Source: an uncultured Elusimicrobia bacterium (GTDB lineage: Bacteria; Elusimicrobiota; Elusimicrobia; 2-01-FULL-59-12). From it: DNA of 64,000 nt. Where the stretch lies: the NCBI GenBank assembly GCA_963702895.1, contig OY969767.1:352001-416000 (forward strand), given 5' to 3'. The notes below the pieces were generated by a model. It was not told where the DNA came from. It searched no databases and saw only the letters and a list, made by a program, of their open reading frames with translations. A program made the position numbers and the translations under genes. Shown here one piece after another: positions 1-8,445 of this stretch. Each line of letters starts with the position of its first letter. The first letter of the stretch is position 1.

Positions 1-222
1 AGGTGGCTTGAAAAGCACGAAAGACGGCCAGGAGAGAATGCTCCGGTGGGACTTATCCTGTGCGCTAGCAAAAGCCATGAAGATGTAGAGCTGGTGCGCT
101 TGTGCCGTCGCGGCATCCAGATTTCGGAATACGTCACGCAGTTGCCGCCTCGTCGCCTGCTTGAGAAAAAGCTTCAAGAAGCCGTGCGGCTTGCTCGCGA
201 GCGCGTGCTCACGAAGAGATAA
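1..222 (+). CDS. 3' end of DUF1016/YhcG-family PD-(D/E)XK nuclease-like protein (partial)
   Basis: Frame 1 reads RWLEKHERRPGENAPVGLILCASKSHEDVEL...ISEYVTQLPPRRLLEKKLQEA*, typical YhcG C-terminus; TAA at 220-222. Confidence 0.8.
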   Translation, partial: RWLEKHERRPGENAPVGLILCASKSHEDVELVRLCRRGIQISEYVTQLPPRRLLEKKLQEAVRLARERVLTKR

Positions 223-238
223 CTTTTGGGGGAACACG

Positions 239-616
239 ATGGCGGCGCGAACGGAGGCGACATCGTGGCCGATCGGTGAAGGTGAGCACCGCGGCCGGAT
301 CGATCGGATTCGTGGGCAGCAAGTCATGATTGATGGAGAGCTGGCGGAGCTCTACGGGGTTGCGGTCAAAGTCCTCAACCAGTCCGTGCGCAGGAACCTC
401 AAGCGTTTCCCGCCGGAATTCATGTTCCAACTTACCCCAGTCGAACACGAGATCATCCGGTCACAATTTGTGACCGGATCTCGCCGCGTGGAAAAGCTCG
501 AAGGTCGTCTGCACATTGCGGAAACCGACATCCGGCTCCTGCGCGCTGATGTGGGGGATTTGAAGGCTCTGCCCAAGGAGCCGCACCGCCGGGTCCGGGG
601 GTTTGCGGCGGCGTAG
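239..616 (+). CDS. ORF6N-domain DNA-binding protein, internally shortened copy
   Basis: IRGQQVMIDGELAELYGV..LNQSVRRNLKRFPPEFMFQLT motif; lacks the FTEQGVAMLSSVL segment present in paralog 1228-1782. Confidence 0.75.
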   Translation: MAARTEATSWPIGEGEHRGRIDRIRGQQVMIDGELAELYGVAVKVLNQSVRRNLKRFPPEFMFQLTPVEHEIIRSQFVTGSRRVEKLEGRLHIAETDIRLLRADVGDLKALPKEPHRRVRGFAAA

Positions 617-713
617 GAGGAGCAGAATCCGTACGGCGTCCTCGGGAAATGGATGCTTCCCGGGGAAATAAACCGAATAAAAATCGCACTTATACATTTA
701 AAGGAGGTGGACC

Positions 714-1193
714 ATGAAGAGTCCCCAAAATGCAGAAAAGCAGTCTGATCCCAAGAAAACGAAGTCAGCAAATGAAATCCAAGAAGCCGCACCGGAACCC
801 TGTGCCTGCTGCGCGGTCTTTTTCAGCGATTATGCTGTCCAGGAACTGGAACATCGATGGAACAGCCCGCGCGGTCTGCGGGCCTTGATCAACGAGCTTC
901 TCGAAGAAGGGTTCGGCCATTTCGCCAAGTCCGTGTTATGGCGCTGGCACAAGCTGGTTCCGAACTCGCCAGACTATGACGTCATGTTGTGCCGTATCAG
1001 CGACCAAATATGGCTGGCCGGATCGTCCAAAACAATCCATAGCCTGGACAAACCCATGACGGACGCCGATATCGAGCGTGCCGTGGCGCATGACATGGCG
1101 TTGTTGCAGCATGAGTGGGCCAGGGATGCGAACATGTCAGCTCAGTTGCGGAAAGGCCGAAAGCCGGCGAAAGAACAACGTGCATTGGGATAG
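714..1193 (+). CDS. hypothetical protein
   Basis: 159-aa ORF with strong AAGGAGG RBS; no recognised domain. Confidence 0.6.
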   Translation: MKSPQNAEKQSDPKKTKSANEIQEAAPEPCACCAVFFSDYAVQELEHRWNSPRGLRALINELLEEGFGHFAKSVLWRWHKLVPNSPDYDVMLCRISDQIWLAGSSKTIHSLDKPMTDADIERAVAHDMALLQHEWARDANMSAQLRKGRKPAKEQRALG

Positions 1194-1227
1194 GATTCTT
1201 TCATCAAAGGGTTAGGAGGTGGTCTCG

Positions 1228-1782
1228 ATGACTGTAATTGGAACAAGAGATGTTGCCGCAAGAATCTTCAAGGTGCGTGGCCAGCAAGTCATGCTCGATA
1301 ATGATTTGGCTTATCTGTATGGTGTCCCGACGAAATATCTGAACCAGCAAGTACGCAGAAACGTATCGAGATTCCCGTCTGATTTTATGTTTCAGCTCAC
1401 AGCCGCTGAAGTCGATGCTTTGAGGTTGCAAATCGCAACCTCAAAGAGAGGAAGGGGAGGGCGGCGCTACTCGCCCTTGGTGTTCACGGAACAGGGAGTC
1501 GCGATGCTTTCGTCCGTCCTGAATAGCGAGCGTGCGGTGCAAGTGAATATCGCGATCGTGCGCGCCTTTGTGAAGTTGAGGCATGCGCTGGCGAATAATC
1601 GCTTCCTTGCCCACAAGATGGAGGAAATGGAAGGGCGCCTTCATATCGCGGAAACCGACATCCGGCTCTTGAGTGCCGACGTCGGAGCATTGAAGGCTTC
1701 GCCGAAGGAGCTCAGGCGGCGGGTTCGGGGGTTTGCGGCGGAGGGGCAGGATGGAACGGCGAATGAGCAAGAGGATCGGTAA
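1228..1782 (+). CDS. ORF6N-domain DNA-binding protein
   Basis: RGQQVMLDNDLAYLYGVPTKYLNQQVRRN..RFPSDFMFQLT...FTEQGVAMLSSVLNS; AGGAGG RBS at 1214-1219. Confidence 0.9.
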   Translation: MTVIGTRDVAARIFKVRGQQVMLDNDLAYLYGVPTKYLNQQVRRNVSRFPSDFMFQLTAAEVDALRLQIATSKRGRGGRRYSPLVFTEQGVAMLSSVLNSERAVQVNIAIVRAFVKLRHALANNRFLAHKMEEMEGRLHIAETDIRLLSADVGALKASPKELRRRVRGFAAEGQDGTANEQEDR

Positions 1783-1803
1783 AGAAAATTGAAAATAGCT
1801 CAA

Positions 1804-2229
1804 ATGAAAGAGGCAAAGAGTGAAAAAGGGGATGGGGCAGACCCGCGAGAAGAATTTGGGCACAGATGCCGGGCATTCGCCGCATTAGTTCTGCGGTATA
1901 CGAGCCGGTTCCCGAAGGACAAGAAAGGCCGCTATTTGGCGGACCAACTCCTGAGAAGCGGAACGTCGATCGGGGCAAACGTGCATGAAGCTCAAGCTGC
2001 CCAATCGCGAGCGGACTTCATTTCGAAGATGAATATTGCGCTAAAGGAAGCGCGGGAGGCAACTTACTGGCTGGAAACAATGAGAGACGCCCATTACATG
2101 CAGGAGACGGAAGCCGCCGCTCTTGGGCGGGAAGCACCACAGCTCGCCGCCATCCTGGCACAATCCATCATCACCGCAAAGGCAAACGGCCGGACAACGA
2201 CAGAGAAAATTGAAAATAGCTCAGCGTAA
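1804..2229 (+). CDS. four-helix-bundle protein (23S rRNA IVP/Avd-like family)
   Basis: DQLLRSGTSIGANVHEAQAAQSRADFISKMNIALKEAREATYWL signature. Confidence 0.9.
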   Translation: MKEAKSEKGDGADPREEFGHRCRAFAALVLRYTSRFPKDKKGRYLADQLLRSGTSIGANVHEAQAAQSRADFISKMNIALKEAREATYWLETMRDAHYMQETEAAALGREAPQLAAILAQSIITAKANGRTTTEKIENSSA

Positions 2230-2399
2230 ATAGCCAAAGATCAAAAAGTCGCTATTTTCATTTTTCAATTTTCTCTTTGCTCTGCAGAACGGCCGGACAA
2301 CGCCATAGAGAATTGAAAATAGCTCAGCGTAAATAGCTAAAGATCAAAAAGTCGCTATTTTCATTTTTCAATTTTCTCTTTGCTCTGCAGAACGGCCGG
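2185..2399. repeat. tandem duplication of a 103-bp AT-rich unit with internal inverted repeat
   Basis: AACGGCCGG recurs at 2185, 2288 and 2391; units near-identical, each with AATTGAAAATAGC...GCTATTTTCA..TTCAATTTTCTC. Confidence 0.95.
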
Positions 2400-2430
2400 T
2401 GATCCCTTAAGGGAACCACCGGCCGTTCTG
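2388..2430 (-). terminator. hairpin directly 3' of displaced tRNA fragment
   Basis: Perfect 14-bp stem CAGAACGGCCGGTG / CACCGGCCGTTCTG. Confidence 0.65.
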
Positions 2431-2594
2431 TTGCGGGGGTAGGATTTGAGCCTATCCCTCGCCGCCTTATTTGCTTTAGGGGAATGCGGCTTGGGACCTG
2501 GGCGCTCACGATCTCGCACCCGTGCCTGGGCTCAGCTCGGATTCCCAAAGCCCCACTGGGGCTTTGACCCTCGCCAGGCACCCTTCGGGTTATG
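2430..2594 (-). pseudogene. tRNA-fMet 3'-half fragment (att site) interrupted by 127-bp structured insert
   Basis: 2431-2454 and 2582-2594 match the tRNA at 22649-22688 (one T-loop mismatch); insert 2455-2581. Confidence 0.85.
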
Positions 2595-2823
2595 CTTCTT
2601 TTCGCAACCTCTCGTATTCTTCTGGAGTGACTTCGATATCACGGAGGATGGCTCGAATGAGCCCTCGTCCCAAGTCTTCGCCGCGATGGATTGGAACCAC
2701 TGTGGCGCGGCCGTCAGAATGACGAAAGAAAGCGTGACTCCCTTTTTGACGTATTAAAGAAAAACCCAGATGCCGTAAAATCTTCGACATCTGGGCGGCT
2801 GAAACGAGTGTCAGCTTGCTCAT
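2590..2823 (-). CDS. hicA: HicA-family toxin (mRNA interferase)
   Basis: LGFSLIRQKGSHAFFRHSDGRATVVPIH..DLGRGLIRAIL. Confidence 0.92.
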   Translation of the reverse strand: MSKLTLVSAAQMSKILRHLGFSLIRQKGSHAFFRHSDGRATVVPIHRGEDLGRGLIRAILRDIEVTPEEYERLRKEA

Positions 2824-3041
2824 TACACGGCGATTTGAAGCTGATGAACACCTACAAATCGATTCTGAATCAAATTCCGCTTTTCAACGCTCAGGCAAAG
2901 TTTGATCGCTTCTTTAAGCCGCTTCTCTAATTCGGCAAGGGAACGCGCCTGGGTATGGCACCCTTTTAAGCCGGGCACGATCCCGACATAGACGCCATCT
3001 TCATCTTGTTCGATTAACACGGGGAACTGATACTTCTTCAT
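2823..3041 (-). CDS. hicB: HicB-family antitoxin (short, no DNA-binding domain)
   Basis: FPVLIEQDEDGVYVGIVPGLKGCHTQARSLAELEKRLKEAI; TAATG overlap with hicA. Confidence 0.9.
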   Translation of the reverse strand: MKKYQFPVLIEQDEDGVYVGIVPGLKGCHTQARSLAELEKRLKEAIKLCLSVEKRNLIQNRFVGVHQLQIAV

Positions 3042-3045
3042 AATC

Positions 3046-3088
3046 AAAAACCCACGACTTCGCATGGATTCATGGTTGCGGGGGCACG
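3046..3088 (-). other. att site (tRNA 3' end incl. CCA: TGGTTGCGGGGG + CACG) followed by terminator-like hairpin
   Basis: Core TTGCGGGGG at 3076-3084; same CACG flank as 14961-14964; minus strand CCATGA..TCGTGGG-TTTTT. Confidence 0.75.
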
Positions 3089-3321
3089 ATTAAAACATTT
3101 CAAAGGTTCCCCTGCCCCCAAATAGTGCTAAATTTGGCCGTTTCACGCAAGCAGCGCTGGCCGTTTGGCTTCGAAATACTCCGAGAATTCACATATCCGG
3201 CTAGCTATCCCTACCCCATCGCCGCCGACAAGGTCGAACCTGAGTCGCAGGCGGTGGCCCAAGAAACACTCTGTGTCCCTTGATCTGGCGGCTTCGCCGC
3301 CGAATCGCTCGCTGACCGGCT

Positions 3322-4242
3322 TTAGATCTCCCTTTTGACTTCGCGCAGTTCCTTATTGGTGTGGCGGGAGCCACCAACCAAACCTGTGATTTTCTTACTG
3401 AGGACAGCTGCAATTAAGAGCGCGAAGGCAATACTGATATCGGTAGGCCCTAGAGGCCAGTCCAGCTGGTACGATACCAGGAAGCCAACCACACCGCTGA
3501 CTCCTCCCATCAAGGCCGCCAGCAAGAAGAATGAGCCCATGTGCTTGCAAAAACGTCGGGCGGCCAAGGGCGGGATGATCAAAAAGGCGAAGGTCAGCAT
3601 GGGGCCCACGATGAGCACGCCCATCGAAATCGCAATTCCCATGACCGCATACAGAAGAATATCCCACAGAATCACCGGGCTCCCCATAACCTGCGCGGCG
3701 TCGCGATCATAGGAAACGCTGAGAAACTGACGATTAAATAGCACTAGCACCACGGTCAAAACACCGTAAGCGGCCAGAATCAAATAGAGGTCGCGGTGGC
3801 TCACCGTTACGATCTCTCCATGCAGCATGTTCAGCATTTCGATTTTGCCCGAGGCGTTCGCCGCCACGAGCAAAATAGACGCCGCAAAGGCCAGCGCATA
3901 GGCGGCTCCAATCCGGCTCTCGGAGGCCCCTTCCCTCCGACGTTCTAGCCAAGCGAGTATCAAGAGCGCCCCGAAGCCGAACAGGAAGGATCCCATAAGC
4001 GCCAGGAAACGGTCATTGGCTTCGCCGGGATGAAGAGACCAGGTCACACCCAGCCCCTGAAGGAAAAACGCGAAGGCGATGCCGGCGGCTGAAATCTGAG
4101 GCAATGCGACACCGAGCAAAGTCATCCGGCGAAGCATAAAGTAAACGCCGATGAGCGGACAGAAAATCCCGACCACGACGCTCCCCCACAGCGCGTTCTG
4201 CAGAAGAAAGCCCGGATGAAAGACGGTTATGAACGTGTTCAT
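3322..4242 (-). CDS. Zn/Mn ABC transporter permease (ZnuB/MntB family)
   Basis: IGVYFMLRRMTLLGVALPQISAAG, LIIPPLAARR, LDWPLGP; multiple TM segments. Confidence 0.9.
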   Translation of the reverse strand: MNTFITVFHPGFLLQNALWGSVVVGIFCPLIGVYFMLRRMTLLGVALPQISAAGIAFAFFLQGLGVTWSLHPGEANDRFLALMGSFLFGFGALLILAWLERRREGASESRIGAAYALAFAASILLVAANASGKIEMLNMLHGEIVTVSHRDLYLILAAYGVLTVVLVLFNRQFLSVSYDRDAAQVMGSPVILWDILLYAVMGIAISMGVLIVGPMLTFAFLIIPPLAARRFCKHMGSFFLLAALMGGVSGVVGFLVSYQLDWPLGPTDISIAFALLIAAVLSKKITGLVGGSRHTNKELREVKREI

Positions 4243-4976
4243 ACGCCCGCCTCAAGAAGTTCCACGATGCGGTCCGGCGACAACATTTCCACCGCTGGTC
4301 CGCAGAGGATGCCCCCATTGTTGACCACGATGACCCGCTCCACGCGGTTGCGGAGCGATTGCATGTGATGGGAGACCATCAATATGGCCATTTGGGACTG
4401 CTTATGAAGTTGTTTCAGGAGTGCAAGAATGCTTTCCTCCGCCACCGGATCGATCCCTGCCGTCGGTTCGTCCAGGACGAGCAGGCGCGGGTTTACCGCC
4501 AGCGCCCGGGCAATGAGAACGCGTTGGCGCTGTCCGCCAGACAAGAGAGCAAAAGGATGGTCGCTGAACTCCGCCATGCCCACCTTCTGGAGGCAATCCC
4601 AGATCATGGATTTGCCTTCCCGGCCAGGCAACCGGTACCACGGGAGCGGTCCTGCCACTCCCATGCGCACGACATCCCAGGCCGTCAGCGGATAGATCGG
4701 ATCAAGGGTCTCTCTCTGCGGGACATACCCGATCCGCCCAAGGAGTTCCGGAGAGCGAGTCACTTCTCCTATATGCGGGGGAAGGAGACCTAGTAATCCT
4801 TTAAAAAGAGTGCTCTTCCCGGCCCCGTTAGGGCCAATGAGCCCGATAAACTCTCCGCGTCGCACACAAAGCGAGACGTCTCTAATGACAGGACGTTCGT
4901 TGTAACCGAAGGCCGCCTGTTTGATATCGATCAGAATGTTTTCTTCCATCTTTTCCTCCTTGCCCGCGCTATTCAT
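4239..4976 (-). CDS. Zn/Mn ABC transporter ATPase (ZnuC family)
   Basis: GPNGAGKST, IGYVPQ, LSGGQRQR, LVLDEP. Confidence 0.92.
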   Translation of the reverse strand: MNSAGKEEKMEENILIDIKQAAFGYNERPVIRDVSLCVRRGEFIGLIGPNGAGKSTLFKGLLGLLPPHIGEVTRSPELLGRIGYVPQRETLDPIYPLTAWDVVRMGVAGPLPWYRLPGREGKSMIWDCLQKVGMAEFSDHPFALLSGGQRQRVLIARALAVNPRLLVLDEPTAGIDPVAEESILALLKQLHKQSQMAILMVSHHMQSLRNRVERVIVVNNGGILCGPAVEMLSPDRIVELLEAGV

Positions 4977-5718
4977 GGGCTAAAAGCAAAAACATCGTCC
5001 CAATCCCGAGAATCATGGCCAGGAGCTGCCCCAACGATTTCAAAGGTGCGCATTCTTTTTGAAGCTCCGGCGTCAGATTGGAACCGGCGATATAGATGAA
5101 GGATCCAGCCGTCACGCCCAGAGCAGCCCACGGGAAGTCAAAGGAGCTGGGCCGGAAGCTGAAGGGCAGGAACACGCCTAAAAGACAGGTACAGGCGGAT
5201 AGAAAATTGAAGAACAAAGCCCGTGTCCGACTATACCCCGCATCCACCAGAACGCCGAAATCCCCAATTTCGTGAGGAAGCTCGTGAAGGGCTACGGCGA
5301 TCGTAGTGGCCATGCCCACGTCAAGGCTGACCATATAGCTCGCCCCGATCATGATTCCGTCCACCAAATTGTGCAGGCCGTCTGAGACCATAATAATGCG
5401 CCCCACGGGCTTGATCCCGCCGTGCGGGTGAATGCCATGTTCGTGCTTCCACCGAAGAAACTTCTCAAACACGAAAGAAGTCAGAATACCGGATAACACC
5501 CAAAGAGACCCCTGCAAACGCCGCTCCGGGAACTTGAAGACGTCGGGCAAAAGGTGCAATGCCGCATCGCCAAACATCGCGCCCGTAGCCAAGCTCACGA
5601 GCAGATACGTGATCGACCGAAGCCGCTCCTCCCGCAATGGCAGCAGGAACAACCCGGCGAAAGACAGCAGGCTGACACAAAAGGCGCTAAGAAGCGCCTG
5701 GGGCATGAGTTCAGGCAT
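4969..5718 (-). CDS. ZIP-family metal transporter
   Basis: DGLHNLVDG and HELPHEIGDF ZIP motifs; HEHGIHPHG loop. Confidence 0.92.
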   Translation of the reverse strand: MPELMPQALLSAFCVSLLSFAGLFLLPLREERLRSITYLLVSLATGAMFGDAALHLLPDVFKFPERRLQGSLWVLSGILTSFVFEKFLRWKHEHGIHPHGGIKPVGRIIMVSDGLHNLVDGIMIGASYMVSLDVGMATTIAVALHELPHEIGDFGVLVDAGYSRTRALFFNFLSACTCLLGVFLPFSFRPSSFDFPWAALGVTAGSFIYIAGSNLTPELQKECAPLKSLGQLLAMILGIGTMFLLLAHE

Positions 5719-5745
5719 TGAGAACCACCCTAAGCGAAAATATAG

Positions 5746-5785
5746 CTGGCGGGGGGGTGAAAAAGGGGGCCCACCCCCCCGCCAG
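5746..5785 (-). terminator. intra-operon GC-rich hairpin after the substrate-binding protein gene
   Basis: 14-bp stem CTGGCGGGGGGGTG / CACCCCCCCGCCAG. Confidence 0.6.
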
Positions 5786-5795
5786 TAAGAACCGT

Positions 5796-6698
5796 TTACT
5801 TCAAGGCATCAACGACCGAACGAATGTTGTGCTCCACGAAGCCGAAGTAGGTATGAGAGTCCGAGAATGCGCCGCCCATCGTGGCGATCGGAGCGATCCG
5901 GGCTCCGGTCTGCTGGGCCAGCCAGCGGGCCGTCTGGTCCGGAAACTGAATCTCGCGAATGAGCAGCGGAACCTTTTGTTGTTTCATCTTGATCGCCAGT
6001 TCTTCCAGATGCGTCGGGGTGGGAGGGATCCCGGGTTTTAATTCGACCATGCCCACGAGTTGAAGACCCAGGAAGTCTCCGAAATACGTCATGTCCTTGT
6101 GATGGGAAACCGCCTTGACCCCTTTGGCCGGAGCGGCCATGGCCTGCCATTCAGTCAGTTTCGTTTCCCATTCCTTCTTGAAGACCTCCCGGTTCTTCTC
6201 GTAGGTCTCCTGATGGGCGGGGTCGATCCGAATGAGTCCCTTGGTAATGTTGTCCGCCATGAGACCCCCATAGCGCGGGTCCATGTTGTAGTGCGGGTTT
6301 CCCAACGGATGCAATTCCCCCTGTGCGCGGGAGAAGTTCGTCGGTGCTTCCAGCCGGTTGACGCCGTCGCTGCAGTCGATGTATCCCTCGCGGTCACGCA
6401 GGATCTTCGGGTTTTGCGCGACGTCCGAAAGCGCCGGCAAGAAGGTATGTTCGAGTTCCAGCCCCACCAGGACCACCGCGTCGGCCTGGTTCAGTTTGGG
6501 AAGAAAACTCGGACGCTGAGGGATGTTGTGGATGTCTTCCGTCCCTTTCGCGAGGCTCTCCACTTGAACCAGGTTGCCGCCGATGCGGCGCGTGATATCC
6601 GCCAGCTCCGGGGTGGTCGTGACGATTCGCAACGCGGCGAGCGCCGGGGAAGTCCCCACGCTGATCGCCGCCAACAGTGCCATGATGAAGCGTTTCAT
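5796..6698 (-). CDS. Zn/Mn ABC transporter substrate-binding protein (ZnuA/TroA family)
   Basis: Signal peptide; VTTTPELAD, DIH, HPLGNPHYNMDP, ELKPGIPP. Confidence 0.92.
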   Translation of the reverse strand: MKRFIMALLAAISVGTSPALAALRIVTTTPELADITRRIGGNLVQVESLAKGTEDIHNIPQRPSFLPKLNQADAVVLVGLELEHTFLPALSDVAQNPKILRDREGYIDCSDGVNRLEAPTNFSRAQGELHPLGNPHYNMDPRYGGLMADNITKGLIRIDPAHQETYEKNREVFKKEWETKLTEWQAMAAPAKGVKAVSHHKDMTYFGDFLGLQLVGMVELKPGIPPTPTHLEELAIKMKQQKVPLLIREIQFPDQTARWLAQQTGARIAPIATMGGAFSDSHTYFGFVEHNIRSVVDALK

Positions 6699-6730
6699 AA
6701 AAATCTCCTTTTTATCGAATAGAGGTTTCA

Positions 6731-7936
6731 TTACCGGTCCTTGAACAAGTGAACGTGCGTGCCGATGGTCCCAAACCACTGCAGAAACACCTGGTGGTCG
6801 ACCGGACTGCCGTCGTTCACCTTGGCCTGGGAATACTGCAGCCGGATGCGCTGGAATTCCGAGGGAGTGAAGTTGATCATCGCCCCGTAGGTTTTCTTGT
6901 TTACGGTCCGCTGCTTCAGGTTCTCAGGATCCTCCGCGTAGTCGAAGAACCCACCCCCGTTCCAACGGCGCGCGAAGTGGTAGTCCACGTAGGAATACCC
7001 GCCCAGCGTGTAGTAGCGATTGAAAGCGTCGGCATCACCGACCCCGTCGCCATCGGTATCCATGGCCAATTCGTCACGCCGGCGTTCGTCGTTCCGGAAG
7101 AATTCGGTCCCCCAGAGCAGTTTCCGGAAGGCATTTTCCTTCAGCGGCTCGTAACGGAACGTGATGTCGACCCCCGTGAGATGGCGTTGGGTGTTCATGT
7201 CGTCCACCCGGACACCGTCGATGTAGTTCTGCTTCGGCGTAAACGCGTCGCTGACACCCAAGTCGACGCCGAAGTCATCCCCGAGCGGCGCGTAGGAGAA
7301 GAGTCTTCCCAGGTAAGTCATGGCGTCCCAGGAGCGGCCTTCCGTATGGCCCGTCCCATCGGTTTCTTCCAGGCGATTATTCTCCGCGCCCATCTTGTTG
7401 TAGGCCCCCAGGGTTCCTTGAAGGAAGAATGGGGTTTTAAACAAATGGATCATCTCCACACCTTCTGCTCGGGATTCACCGCCGACGTACGCATCGATGG
7501 CCGTGGGCGAGTTCACAAAAGGCAGTTCGTGCGGATGCCAGTGCGCGAAACGACCGAAGTTGGCGAAGAACCGCCCGCCCCTCGCCGTGAGGTTGTATGG
7601 CAGAGACGTGGTGATGAAGGCCGCTTCTTCCACTTCGACCCCGTCCGGAGTTCCGTTCAGGACCGCGTAGAGGTTGGCGAAGGGATCTACGGCGGCCATC
7701 AGGTTTAGCTCCGCCGAACGGAAGTCGAAGTTCCCGTTGTTGTTCCGTGTCTGCGAGGCTACCGCGTCCAGCACCAAGCCCATCGCCGGATTGAAGACGT
7801 TGGGGTTGTATCCCGGTTTTGAGGTTGACATCGGACTCGTTTGAGTGACCTGAAGGATCGAACTTTGTGCGTAGGCGGCTACAGCCGTCGCACAAGCAAT
7901 AAACGTAAGCATCAAACTGCGTTTTAGAAAATGCAT
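6731..7936 (-). CDS. putative outer-membrane beta-barrel associated with Zn uptake operons
   Basis: Signal peptide; EL..AVDP, VEEA, FGRFAHWHPHE, His-containing C-terminus IGTHVH. Confidence 0.7.
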   Translation of the reverse strand: MHFLKRSLMLTFIACATAVAAYAQSSILQVTQTSPMSTSKPGYNPNVFNPAMGLVLDAVASQTRNNNGNFDFRSAELNLMAAVDPFANLYAVLNGTPDGVEVEEAAFITTSLPYNLTARGGRFFANFGRFAHWHPHELPFVNSPTAIDAYVGGESRAEGVEMIHLFKTPFFLQGTLGAYNKMGAENNRLEETDGTGHTEGRSWDAMTYLGRLFSYAPLGDDFGVDLGVSDAFTPKQNYIDGVRVDDMNTQRHLTGVDITFRYEPLKENAFRKLLWGTEFFRNDERRRDELAMDTDGDGVGDADAFNRYYTLGGYSYVDYHFARRWNGGGFFDYAEDPENLKQRTVNKKTYGAMINFTPSEFQRIRLQYSQAKVNDGSPVDHQVFLQWFGTIGTHVHLFKDR

Positions 7937-7984
7937 ATAAGCCCTCCTGTATTAGTAAGAAAAAGCTGCTCTTTAGGTATCTTG

Positions 7985-8005
7985 AACCATCGGAACCCGA
8001 TGGTT
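7985..8005. promoter_or_regulatory. hairpin between leader ORF and barrel gene
   Basis: AACCATCGG-AAC-CCGATGGTT inverted repeat. Confidence 0.45.
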
Positions 8006-8031
8006 TTCCTGAAATGGCTATAGTCGATGAT

Positions 8032-8301
8032 TTAGAGGGCGGGGGGAGAGAGACCGTGAGAAACGAAAACGAATTGGAGGTAAGGATGCGCAACCGCATC
8101 GGATTGGACCGATGATACAGCGACTCCCGGCGAGAGCTGCTGCGCTGGATCCGTCAATAGTGGCGTCTGATGCGCGATTTTGCAGATGGCGCAGTTCGTT
8201 TCCTGCTTGACAGTTTTGTGGCTGTGGTATGTTTCCAGGGTAGAAAGCCCCAGGAAAGCCGCCAATGTCAACAACGAAACGAACCGTACGAATCTTTTCA
8301 T
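8032..8301 (-). CDS. DUF2946-like leader protein (TM, HxH, CxxC, C-terminal SPP)
   Basis: YHSHK..NCAICKIAH...SHGLSPPAL; first gene of the Zn/Mn operon. Confidence 0.7.
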   Translation of the reverse strand: MKRFVRFVSLLTLAAFLGLSTLETYHSHKTVKQETNCAICKIAHQTPLLTDPAQQLSPGVAVSSVQSDAVAHPYLQFVFVSHGLSPPAL

Positions 8302-8340
8302 TAAGACATGATCTTAATTGTCCGAGACCTCAAAAGTCAA
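8301..8340 (-). promoter_or_regulatory. sigma70-like promoter with overlapping palindrome
   Basis: TTGACT-18-TAAGAT; TTAAGA-N5-TCTTAA palindrome at 8301-8317. Confidence 0.55.
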
Positions 8341-8445
8341 CCGGCCGTCTGAAATCTGGAATCCTGCGGGATCCCTATCACGCGAGCGATCCATATCCCA
8401 TCGCCGCGGACAAGATCGATACGAAACACAGTTGGCGGTGCCCGG

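Noticed and set aside
239..2229. Diversity-generating retroelement (Avd-like gene plus similar ORF6N tails as TR/VR)
   Set aside because: No reverse transcriptase in the window; differences between the copies are mostly third-position, not adenine-specific.
2185..2399. CRISPR array
   Set aside because: Whole 103-bp unit is duplicated with no unique spacers; no cas genes.
6060..7708. Long + strand ORFs (220 and 319 aa), and similar antisense ORFs over A2M, ankyrin and CoADR genes
   Set aside because: Shadow frames of well-supported GC-rich genes on the opposite strand.
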